Assembly: GCA_947632635.1 (NCBI GenBank)
Contig: CANRQA010000001.1
Location: forward strand, 44,809-108,808
Source: an uncultured Clostridia bacterium
GTDB taxonomy: Bacteria; Bacillota; Clostridia; TANB77; CAG-465
Direction of reading: 5' to 3'
DNA length: 64,000 nt
In this document: one piece after another, positions 52,234-61,111 of the stretch
Position numbering within the stretch: position 1 is the first letter of the stretch
Layout: every line of letters begins with the position of its first letter
The notes under the pieces: model-generated
Told to the model about the DNA's origin: nothing
The model's input: the letters and a program-made list of their open reading frames with translations, nothing else
The model's database searches: none
Program-made: the position numbers and the translations under genes

Positions 52234-54048
52234 TTAATCACCAATTTTTCCGATAAGCTTTGCCTTTTCTTCATCCGAAAGAGAGTTCCATACATTTTCA
52301 CTTTCTTCAGGGTTAACTGCAGTTACATTATTGTTTTCCTCATTAATGATGTTATATTTTTCCATTTCTTCGTTTATTTTTTCTTGTGCCGCGCTTATTT
52401 CTTGAGAAAAAGCAATATTATCGAAAGAAACTATATTTATAACACCATTTGATTCATCAATATATGAAACTTCAACAGTATCACCCGCACGTGTAATTGG
52501 AAGCTCATTAGATACCGTGTAAGGTGCAAGGTAGAGTTTACTTGGGTCATCATTTAGTATGATATAATAATATGTGTTACCGTCCTCAACGTTTTGAGTA
52601 ATTCTTGTTACAGTGCCTCTTTCAGTATATGCATAAGCCTCTTGCCCTAAATCTATGGAAATATTTTTAGTATTCATCGCATTAAGATATGCTCTTTTCG
52701 TTGCTTGAATAGTTTTACCATTACCAACAACATCGTAGTTTTCAATATTTACCATAGCATATGATTTTATAAGGCCCTCTTGATCCTTAAGAGGCATAAA
52801 GTAGGTAGGAATACCAGAAACGTTAAGAGGAATAGGAACACTTGGAGTATATTTCATATCTTGAACTCCACCAGTCGAACTTCCCATTGCGGCTTGTTCT
52901 GTTGCACCTATCATACGATAGAATATAGCCTCTTTTGTACGTGTATCAATCATGAAAAATCCAACAGTACCCTCGTCTTTACCAACAGAGCTCATACCAG
53001 TAAAATAATAACACTTACCTTCATTATATACTGTGGTAATATGTTCTGTTACAGACAGCATATTTTTCTTAGAGAAGTTTATAAACCCTTCTACATACCT
53101 ACCATAGTTTTCAAGCTGTTTTTTTACAAAACTTTCAGGTTGAACAATGTCTATCCAGCTAGGAGCTTCATCAACTGAATACCAGTTACACTTGCCATTT
53201 ATAGCATTACAGGTAATGACACCAGTAGTTTCAGGACTTCCCCAAAGAGTAACATTTTTAAATGTAGGAACTATCCAATACGGTGTGCCTTCATCGTCGA
53301 TCTCAAATACATAGTCAGTATCAGCAAGTCCTATAGTTCTGTAACCTGAGGCTCGAATATGACGCTTTAAATCACTACCAAAATATGCAGAGGGCAAATA
53401 CTTAAGATACAACTTTTCACCATTTAGTTCTTTTACGAAAGTAACATCATTAGTGTTAGTTGCACTAACCATTAAGTATCCTGCTGTACCTGCTTTGTTT
53501 GAAAACCATTTAGTAAGTCCACGATGCTCAAGCGGTGCAACATAAAGAAGTTTTCCATTTACACTTTGCTTGTTTGTAAAATTACCAACTTCCTGTTGTG
53601 AGCCAAGAGCAACTTCTTCACCCATTTTTTTATCTGCAAGTTTATTTGCAAGCTCTGTATCAACGATAGGTATTTGAGAGTTATCAATTTGAAGCATATC
53701 TTCTACAAAAGACTTTTCTTCAACTTCTCCAATTTGGTTATATCTAGTATTTGCATTAAATATTGGAGAGCCGATAAAGCTAATTATTACATAAAGTATG
53801 AATAAAATTGCAGATGCGACTCCTGAAATAATGGAAAGCAACCCAAGTAACTCTTCATCATCAGAAGTAATGGGATTTGGAATCCACATAAATAGGATAA
53901 TTGCAAGTATAGCAGCTCCTATTCCAAAAAATAGTGCTCCAGTTACATATGCAATTGAAAGAGGTGGAAGCCATAATTCATAAATTACCCAATATTCAAA
54001 GATGAGTAAAAGTGTAAGAATTCCTTTGGTGAGTTTTGATACATACAT
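52234..54048 (-). CDS. hypothetical membrane protein: three N-terminal TM helices plus large extracytoplasmic domain
   Basis: 604-aa ORF, RBS AGGAGG; no recognisable motif. Confidence 0.5.
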   Translation of the reverse strand: MYVSKLTKGILTLLLIFEYWVIYELWLPPLSIAYVTGALFFGIGAAILAIILFMWIPNPITSDDEELLGLLSIISGVASAILFILYVIISFIGSPIFNANTRYNQIGEVEEKSFVEDMLQIDNSQIPIVDTELANKLADKKMGEEVALGSQQEVGNFTNKQSVNGKLLYVAPLEHRGLTKWFSNKAGTAGYLMVSATNTNDVTFVKELNGEKLYLKYLPSAYFGSDLKRHIRASGYRTIGLADTDYVFEIDDEGTPYWIVPTFKNVTLWGSPETTGVITCNAINGKCNWYSVDEAPSWIDIVQPESFVKKQLENYGRYVEGFINFSKKNMLSVTEHITTVYNEGKCYYFTGMSSVGKDEGTVGFFMIDTRTKEAIFYRMIGATEQAAMGSSTGGVQDMKYTPSVPIPLNVSGIPTYFMPLKDQEGLIKSYAMVNIENYDVVGNGKTIQATKRAYLNAMNTKNISIDLGQEAYAYTERGTVTRITQNVEDGNTYYYIILNDDPSKLYLAPYTVSNELPITRAGDTVEVSYIDESNGVINIVSFDNIAFSQEISAAQEKINEEMEKYNIINEENNNVTAVNPEESENVWNSLSDEEKAKLIGKIGD

Positions 54049-54247
54049 AAAAAAGTCCTCCTTAAATTTAATTTTTTTGAGTGTGAGAAAGAACTATCCT
54101 CCTTATAAAAAATTTTTTATGGATTAAATATCAAATACAAATACATTATATCATATTTACATAAAAAAGTAAAGACCTGGTAAAAATAATAGATAATAAA
54201 CGTATTAATTCATAGCAAAGTAATATATATAAATTAGGTGGTTATAA

Positions 54248-54862
54248 TTGAATAATTACATCTTAGAATTAATAAGTAAATTTGGATATTTTGGAATGTT
54301 TATTGCAATGATTTTAGAGGCAATAATTATAATAATACCAAGTGAGTTAATACTTGCAACAGGTGGTATACTTGCGTCAAATAAAATATTTTCGTTTTTA
54401 GGTGCATTTATAGTTGGACTTTTAGGTAGTGTATTTTGCGCTATTTTAATATATTTTATGGGATATATAGGTGGAATAGAATTTATAAAAAAGTATGGTA
54501 AGTATTTTTTTATGAAAGAAAAAGATATAGAAAAATCAGAAAAATGGTTTAAAAAATATGGTATGAAAGCTGCAATGTTTGGAAGATGTTTTCCAATTAT
54601 TAGGACATTTATTTCACTTCCAATTGGAATAGCAAGGTTAAACTTTTTTAAATTTGTTATATATACAACTATTGGAAGTATCCCATGGACGTTTATATTT
54701 GTCTTTGCAGGTTATTATTTAGGTGATAATTGGGTGGTTATCTTAAAATATGTTGATATATTAAAAGTACCAATTATTATATTAATTGTATTATTTATAG
54801 TAATAAAAATATTAAAAAATACAAAAATAAAAGAAAGGTTAATATTTATTAAATTAAAATAG
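54248..54862 (+). CDS. DedA-family membrane protein
   Basis: FGYFGMFIAMILEAIIIIIPSELIL and GRCFPIIRTFISLPIGIARLNFFKF motifs. Confidence 0.75.
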   Translation: MNNYILELISKFGYFGMFIAMILEAIIIIIPSELILATGGILASNKIFSFLGAFIVGLLGSVFCAILIYFMGYIGGIEFIKKYGKYFFMKEKDIEKSEKWFKKYGMKAAMFGRCFPIIRTFISLPIGIARLNFFKFVIYTTIGSIPWTFIFVFAGYYLGDNWVVILKYVDILKVPIIILIVLFIVIKILKNTKIKERLIFIKLK

Positions 54863-54888
54863 AGGTGTAAAATACACCCCTATTTAAT

Positions 54889-57555
54889 TTATGCTGTTTT
54901 TGTATATATATTATATACTCTTTTTCCAAATAAGTTTTCATGTAATTTCTTCTTTATTTCAATTATAACAATTGGAAGTATTGAAATAATAATTGTATAT
55001 AACCATTGTGTTTTATCAAGTGCAACTACGTCAAAGATATTTGCAATAGGTTTAATTAAAACAACACTAGCTTGAAGAATAAAGCCAAGTAAAAAAGCGC
55101 CAACTAGATATTTATTTTTAAATACACCTATTTCAAATAATGATGTATCATCACTTCTAATGTTAAAGCTATGTATAAGTTCTAAAGTGCTAAGAGAAAC
55201 AAAAGCCATTGTTCTTCCAACCTCTAATGAATATTTTGTTGTTCCAATATAAAATGCAAATAGTGTAAGTAGTCCAATCATTATGCCCTCACCAAAAATC
55301 TTTTTCCATAGGCCGTCAGCAAATAGTCCTTTACGTGGATTCTTTGGTCTTTTATGCATTATATGTTTATCAGCCTGTTCAAGCCCTAAAGCTATTGCAG
55401 GGAAAGAATCAGTAACAAGATTTATCCAAAGTAAATGAATAGCAAGTAGAGGAGTGTCAAGACCAAGTAATAGCCCTATAAATATTGTAACAATCTCGCC
55501 AATATTTGTAGCAAGTAAAAAATGAACTGCTTTTTTTATGTTTTCATATATATGTCGTCCTTCTTTTACTGCTTCAACAATAGTTACAAAATTATCATCA
55601 GTAAGTATCATATCTGATGCATTTTTTGCTACATCTGTGCCATTTTTACCCATAGCAATACCTATATCCGCATTTTTTAAAGCAGGTGCATCATTAACGC
55701 CGTCACCTGTCATTGCAACCACTGCGCCAGTTGAGCGAAATGCTTTTACAATTTTTACTTTGTGTTCAGGAGATACTCTTGCAAAAACAGAATATTTCAT
55801 TATATTTTTTTGAAATAATGTTGGATTCATACTATCAAGTTCTGCACCTGTAATAGCTAAATCAGAAGGACCTAAAATCCCTAATTCTGTTGCGATTGCT
55901 TTTGCAGTTAAGATATGGTCGCCAGTAATCATAACAGTTTTTATACCAGCTTTCCTGCAAGTCATAACTGCCTCTTTAACACCCTCTCTTGGAGGATCAA
56001 TCATACCTATAAGGCCTACAAAGGTAAGGTTTATTTCTACATTTTGACTATCAATTTTACTTGGTAAATTATTTGTATCATAATAGGCAACAGCAAGAAC
56101 TCTTAACGCATTTTTTGCCATTTTTTCGTTAATTTTATAAATTTCAGCCTCTTTACTTGAATTCATTAAATATGCTGAGCCATTATTGTAATAATTTAAA
56201 CACCTTTTAATTAGTGTATCAGGTGCACCTTTTGTAATTATTCTATATTTACCATTTTCAAGTTTATGTATTGTAGTCATAAGTTTCCTAGAGGAGTCAA
56301 ATGGTATTTCATTAATACGTTTCATTTTATCATATAAACTTTTTTTATTAATATTTTGTTTTATTGCTGCATTGACAATAGCAGCCTCTGTGGGCTCTCC
56401 ATTTACTATTTTTTTGTATCCGTCATAATATAGTTCAGTATCATTACACATTGTACCAAGTTCTAAAATAAAATTATAAGTTTTAGAAGAGGGGGAAAGC
56501 TCACCATTAATATCAACAAGTTTTACTACTTCCATTTTGTTTTGCGTAAGTGTACCAGTTTTGTCTGAACATATAACTGAGCTACTTCCAAGAGTTTCTA
56601 CAGCAGGAAGTTTCCTAATAATTGCATTTTTTCTTGCCATTTTAGTAACACCAATTGAAAGCATTATAGTAACAATAGCAGGAAGTCCCTCTGGTATTGC
56701 AGCAACAGCAAGCCCAACAGATGTCATAAACATTTCTGTAAATGATATCTTTTTTATAATTCCAATAATAAATATTAAAAAGCAAATAAAGAGGCAAACA
56801 ATACCAAGTTTTTTACCTACATCAGCTAATTTTTTTTGTAGAGGTGTTTCAGGAGACTTATCTTGAATAATCATTTTAGCAATTTTTCCAACTTTTGTAT
56901 TCATCCCTATATCTGTAACTATTGCCTCTGCATGACCATTTGTAACAATAGTTGTTGCAAAAACCATATTTACCATATCACCAACAGGAATATTTTCTTT
57001 TAAAATAGCATTTGCATCTTTAATTACAGGGACAGTTTCACCAGTTAGTGCCGATTCTTCTAATTTTAAATTATATGCATTAATTAATCTTGCATCTGCT
57101 GGGACTAAATTACCACTTTCAAGAATTAAGATATCTCCCGGTACTATATCAATACTACTTATCTCTAAAACTTTACCATCTCTTTTTACTTTTGCTGTAG
57201 GAGATGAAAGTTTTTTTAAGGCTTCTAGTGATTTTTCAGCTTTACTTTCTTGAACAAGTCCCATAATTGCATTAAAAACTACTATTGCAATTATAATTAT
57301 AGAGTCCATATATTCATTTGTATGTTCAACATATGACATAACAGCAGAAATTAAAGCTGCAATTAGTAATATAATAATCATAAAATCTTTAAACTGGTCT
57401 ATAAATCTTAAAAATAAACTTTTCTTTTTTGCTTCATCAAGTTTATTTTTTCCATAAGTTATACTTCTTTTTTCAGCCTCTTTATTTGTTAAACCATTTT
57501 GTATATTAGTGTGTAATTTTTTCTCACATTCAGTTATAGAATTTGTGTACCACAT
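54889..57555 (-). CDS. P-type Ca2+-transporting ATPase (PMCA/SERCA-like, YloB-type)
   Basis: phosphorylation motif ICSDKTGTLTQN, TGDGVNDAPALK hinge, ~10 TM helices, 888 aa. Confidence 0.9.
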   Translation of the reverse strand: MWYTNSITECEKKLHTNIQNGLTNKEAEKRSITYGKNKLDEAKKKSLFLRFIDQFKDFMIIILLIAALISAVMSYVEHTNEYMDSIIIIAIVVFNAIMGLVQESKAEKSLEALKKLSSPTAKVKRDGKVLEISSIDIVPGDILILESGNLVPADARLINAYNLKLEESALTGETVPVIKDANAILKENIPVGDMVNMVFATTIVTNGHAEAIVTDIGMNTKVGKIAKMIIQDKSPETPLQKKLADVGKKLGIVCLFICFLIFIIGIIKKISFTEMFMTSVGLAVAAIPEGLPAIVTIMLSIGVTKMARKNAIIRKLPAVETLGSSSVICSDKTGTLTQNKMEVVKLVDINGELSPSSKTYNFILELGTMCNDTELYYDGYKKIVNGEPTEAAIVNAAIKQNINKKSLYDKMKRINEIPFDSSRKLMTTIHKLENGKYRIITKGAPDTLIKRCLNYYNNGSAYLMNSSKEAEIYKINEKMAKNALRVLAVAYYDTNNLPSKIDSQNVEINLTFVGLIGMIDPPREGVKEAVMTCRKAGIKTVMITGDHILTAKAIATELGILGPSDLAITGAELDSMNPTLFQKNIMKYSVFARVSPEHKVKIVKAFRSTGAVVAMTGDGVNDAPALKNADIGIAMGKNGTDVAKNASDMILTDDNFVTIVEAVKEGRHIYENIKKAVHFLLATNIGEIVTIFIGLLLGLDTPLLAIHLLWINLVTDSFPAIALGLEQADKHIMHKRPKNPRKGLFADGLWKKIFGEGIMIGLLTLFAFYIGTTKYSLEVGRTMAFVSLSTLELIHSFNIRSDDTSLFEIGVFKNKYLVGAFLLGFILQASVVLIKPIANIFDVVALDKTQWLYTIIISILPIVIIEIKKKLHENLFGKRVYNIYTKTA

Positions 57556-57705
57556 ATTATCACTCCTTTGTACAAGTTATATTTAAAGTATATGTTTCAT
57601 TTTTTATATTATTACAGTTAAGATTACAAGTATTGTATTTTTAAGTTTAATATGAGTATAATAAACTCTAAATTAAAAAAAGTTACATAAATTTTTTAAA
57701 AAGTG

Positions 57706-57734
57706 TTGACATAACATTGATAATGTGCTATAAT
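57706..57734 (+). promoter_or_regulatory. perfect-consensus sigma-A promoter (TTGACA-N17-TATAAT)
   Basis: TTGACA at 57706-57711, 17-nt spacer, TATAAT at 57729-57734; GGAGG RBS at 57779-57783, ATG at 57792. Confidence 0.7.
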
Positions 57735-57791
57735 AAATATTAGGTAATATCAATATATTTATTAAAATTTTAATATTTGGAGGTTAGTATT

Positions 57792-58679
57792 ATGAGCAAA
57801 AAGATGACAGAGGAAATGGCATGCAACATTACGGAGGCCCTTGGAAAGCTGCAAGTGTATAAGGAAGGATACGCTGCAGAACTCATCAAGCGGCTGGTAG
57901 TGACACCGGTAAATGCACTTCAACATTATCTTGGTCTTGGACCTGAGTATTTGCCCTATGTGGACATTATTCGCTCTAAGATCGAAGAGAAGTATAAGCA
58001 AACCGCAGGGCATGACCTGCTAAGTAACGTCGACGTAAACGCGTACCCCGAGGGGTTGCGTACGGCAGTAAACGACGATCCTGTGCTTTTGAAGCACATT
58101 GGCGATACGTTTAAATTCTTTATTGAACATAACAATAAGGAGATTATAACACGTGTTGCCGGCCTTATGTCCAGAACGGACAAAGAAAACATTTTCTGCG
58201 GAGGACTTAACGAGGCCGGATTCCACCATGCAGAGTGGAACTATCTTAAGAAGTTCCCTAAGGAACTCTATGAGTTCTTTACGGAAATGAACCAGAACAC
58301 AGCTGAAGAACAGCCGGAGCTGCCGATGACCGTAGACAAAGTCGAGCTTGTCAAGCGCTTTTACGAGCTTACGACTGCAAAAGATGCTTTTGACAAGGAA
58401 TCAACTGATGTCTATGCACGTCTTGAAAAAGACGGAGTTAGACCTGAAGAAATCCTTGCAAATCGCCATGCTATCGAAACCGCAAATCGCGTCGCCAAGA
58501 TGCGTATTATCCGCTCTGTCGAGATGTTCTTTGAACTTACTGACAGGGTACAGGCCACCTATAAAGAGCTTGAAAAGGTTACCGGCCAGCTTAAAGAAAG
58601 CGGTCTTGATCCGGAAAAGCTCCTTGAAGAGCGTGCATCACTGGAAACGGCAATGTCGCTTCTTGCACCGGCCTGCTGA
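57792..58679 (+). CDS. hypothetical acidic, probably all-helical 295-aa protein encoded by a GC-rich (about 46% GC) gene of apparent foreign origin
   Basis: codon usage (CTG, GCC, CCG, CGC frequent) unlike every neighbouring gene; consensus promoter plus GGAGG RBS 8 nt upstream; strong terminator downstream; no TM helix, no known motif recognised. Confidence 0.7.
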   Translation: MSKKMTEEMACNITEALGKLQVYKEGYAAELIKRLVVTPVNALQHYLGLGPEYLPYVDIIRSKIEEKYKQTAGHDLLSNVDVNAYPEGLRTAVNDDPVLLKHIGDTFKFFIEHNNKEIITRVAGLMSRTDKENIFCGGLNEAGFHHAEWNYLKKFPKELYEFFTEMNQNTAEEQPELPMTVDKVELVKRFYELTTAKDAFDKESTDVYARLEKDGVRPEEILANRHAIETANRVAKMRIIRSVEMFFELTDRVQATYKELEKVTGQLKESGLDPEKLLEERASLETAMSLLAPAC

Positions 58680-58693
58680 TTATTACATCAGCA

Positions 58694-58728
58694 AACAACA
58701 CCGAGAATTTTCTTGGTGTTGTTTTTTG
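58694..58728 (+). terminator. rho-independent terminator of the GC-rich gene
   Basis: AACAACACC...GGTGTTGTT stem followed by TTTTTT. Confidence 0.75.
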
Positions 58729-58838
58729 ATTTTTAATTTTTTTCTTTTGATTTTCATTTTTGTTTTTCTTTCTTTATTTTGTTCTTGAAAAATATCCCTA
58801 ACTATAATATAATATAATAAAAGAAAAGTGAGGAAAAC

Positions 58839-61025
58839 ATGAAGATTGAGGGTAAAGTTTCTACTATTATTTTTAAAAATGAATCAAATTCTTGGACTGT
58901 AATTTTACTAAAAGTAGGTAAAGAATATATAACAGCTGTAGGAATAACAGATGAGCTTGAAGTAGATGATGAGATTGAACTTGAGGGCGAGGAAGATATC
59001 CATAAAATATATGGAAAGCAGTTTAAATTTACTACATATAAAAAAGTGCTACCAAAAACAAACACAGCACTTATTGATTATATTGCAAATAATATAAAAG
59101 GAGTAGGTAAAAAAACTGCTAGAAATATTGTAGATAAATTTCAGGATAATACTGTAAATGTTATAAGATATGAACCACGAAAATTAGAAGGATTAAAAGG
59201 TCTAAATGAAGAAAAGATAGATGCTTTAAATGTATTTTTTTGTGAAGAATATGATAAATGGAATGCAATTGAATATTTAAGTAGTTTTAATGTATCGGTA
59301 CTTGTTGCAACAAATATATATAAACAATTAAAATCAGATACTATTGAAATTGTATCTAAAAATCCATATAGCCTATTAAATTTTGTTAAAAGTTTAGAAT
59401 TTAAATTTGTAGATGAAATTGGTAAAAAACTTGGTATTGATTTAAATAATGAAGATAGGATTGATTCAGGTATTATTTATGCTAGTAATAAAATAACAGA
59501 ATTTGGGCATACCTGCATTGAACTTGAAAATTTAATTAATTATGCTGCAAATTTATTAGAAGTAGCAGAAGATACTATATCAAATGGAATAGAAAGACTA
59601 GTATTAAGTAATAAAATGTATATACAAATGATAAATAATACAGAATTTGTATTTAGGAAAAGTTATTATCTTGCAGAAGAAAATATTGCAGAAAATGTAG
59701 TAAATAGAACAACTAGAGAAATAAATGTAACAAACTATGATAAGATAATCGAAAAAGTTAGTAAAAAAAATAACATTGTACTTTCTGATGAACAATTTAA
59801 ATCAATATCTACTTGTTTAAATAGCAATATATCGGTAATAACAGGAGGACCTGGTACAGGTAAAACTACAATAATTAAATGTATAATTGATATACTCGAG
59901 GACTTAAATATTGAATATGTTTTATGTGCTCCAACAGGAAGAGCAGCAAAAAGAATAAAAGAAACTACAAAAAAAGAGGCAAAAACTTTACATAGATTAC
60001 TAGAAATAGCAAAAGTTGATGATAGAGATTTAGACGCATTTTTTAATGTTGATGTAAAGCAAATTGAAGCAGATGTAGTAATAGTTGATGAGGCTTCAAT
60101 GATTGACTCAATAATGATGAATAACCTATTTAAAGCAATGAAGCAAAATACAAAAATAATTCTTGTAGGTGATGTAGACCAACTACCAAGTGTAGGACCT
60201 GGAGATGTTTTAAAGGATATTATAACCTCAAATGCAGTAAATGTTGTAGAACTTAAAAAAATTTATAGACAAAGTTCAATGAGCGATATAATTTTAAATG
60301 CACATAGAGTAAATAATGGAATATTACCTGAATTTAAAAATAAAGATACAGATATGTTTTTTGTAAAATCAACAAGTGTAGAAAATACTTTAGAAAAAAT
60401 ATCAGAGCTTATTTCATATAGATTATTAAATTATGCAAAATTTGATGTACTAAAAGATTTGCAAATATTAACACCTATGAAAAAAACTCAACTTGGTACA
60501 ATTCAGTTAAATAGTTTCTTGCAGGAAATTTTAAACCCAAAAGCTAAAGAGAAAAAGGAAAAAGAAATAAATGGAAAGATATTTCGTGAGGGCGATAAGG
60601 TTATGCAAATAATTAATAACTATGATAAAAAGTTTTCTCTTAATGGTGAGTTTTTTGATGGAATATATAACGGCGATATAGGATATATAAAAGAAATAGA
60701 TAATCAAAATCAAACTATGACTGTAATATTTGATGAAGAAAAAGAAGTTATATATGAGTTTGAAGAACTCGATGAATTAGAACTTGCTTATGCTATAACT
60801 GTACATAAAAGTCAAGGAAGTGAATTTGATTATTGCATTTTACCAATTTATACAGGATATGAAAAATTATTTACCAGAAATCTACTTTATACTGCAATGA
60901 CTAGAGCTAAAAAAATGCTTGTTATAGTGGGAAATAAAAATACTATTAATTTTATGGTTAATAATATTGAGTCAAAAAAAAGAAAAACTGGTTTAAAATA
61001 TAAAATATTAGAGAAACTATCATAA
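58839..61025 (+). CDS. recD2: ATP-dependent RecD-like DNA helicase RecD2
   Basis: N-terminal MKIEGKVSTIIFKNESNSWTVILLK OB-fold/HhH region, Walker A ITGGPGTGKTT, Walker B VIVDEASMI, C-terminal SH3/2B domain with TVHKSQGSE. Confidence 0.9.
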   Translation: MKIEGKVSTIIFKNESNSWTVILLKVGKEYITAVGITDELEVDDEIELEGEEDIHKIYGKQFKFTTYKKVLPKTNTALIDYIANNIKGVGKKTARNIVDKFQDNTVNVIRYEPRKLEGLKGLNEEKIDALNVFFCEEYDKWNAIEYLSSFNVSVLVATNIYKQLKSDTIEIVSKNPYSLLNFVKSLEFKFVDEIGKKLGIDLNNEDRIDSGIIYASNKITEFGHTCIELENLINYAANLLEVAEDTISNGIERLVLSNKMYIQMINNTEFVFRKSYYLAEENIAENVVNRTTREINVTNYDKIIEKVSKKNNIVLSDEQFKSISTCLNSNISVITGGPGTGKTTIIKCIIDILEDLNIEYVLCAPTGRAAKRIKETTKKEAKTLHRLLEIAKVDDRDLDAFFNVDVKQIEADVVIVDEASMIDSIMMNNLFKAMKQNTKIILVGDVDQLPSVGPGDVLKDIITSNAVNVVELKKIYRQSSMSDIILNAHRVNNGILPEFKNKDTDMFFVKSTSVENTLEKISELISYRLLNYAKFDVLKDLQILTPMKKTQLGTIQLNSFLQEILNPKAKEKKEKEINGKIFREGDKVMQIINNYDKKFSLNGEFFDGIYNGDIGYIKEIDNQNQTMTVIFDEEKEVIYEFEELDELELAYAITVHKSQGSEFDYCILPIYTGYEKLFTRNLLYTAMTRAKKMLVIVGNKNTINFMVNNIESKKRKTGLKYKILEKLS

Positions 61026-61111
61026 TATAATAAATGTGATAAAAAATACGTTGAAAAATGTCTTTTTATATGATAGAATTTAGGAGTAATAATTTTTAGA
61101 GGTGAAAATAT

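Noticed and set aside
52780-53178. 132-aa + strand ORF inside the 604-aa minus-strand gene
   Set aside because: Embedded antisense ORF without start signals. The minus-strand gene has an RBS and coherent membrane topology.
57762-58788. Minus-strand ORFs 57762..58013, 57956..58192, 58020..58229 and + ORF 58348..58788 in or around the GC-rich gene
   Set aside because: Higher GC lowers stop-codon density and so produces chance ORFs. All overlap the clearly signalled 57792..58679 CDS and none has a start context.
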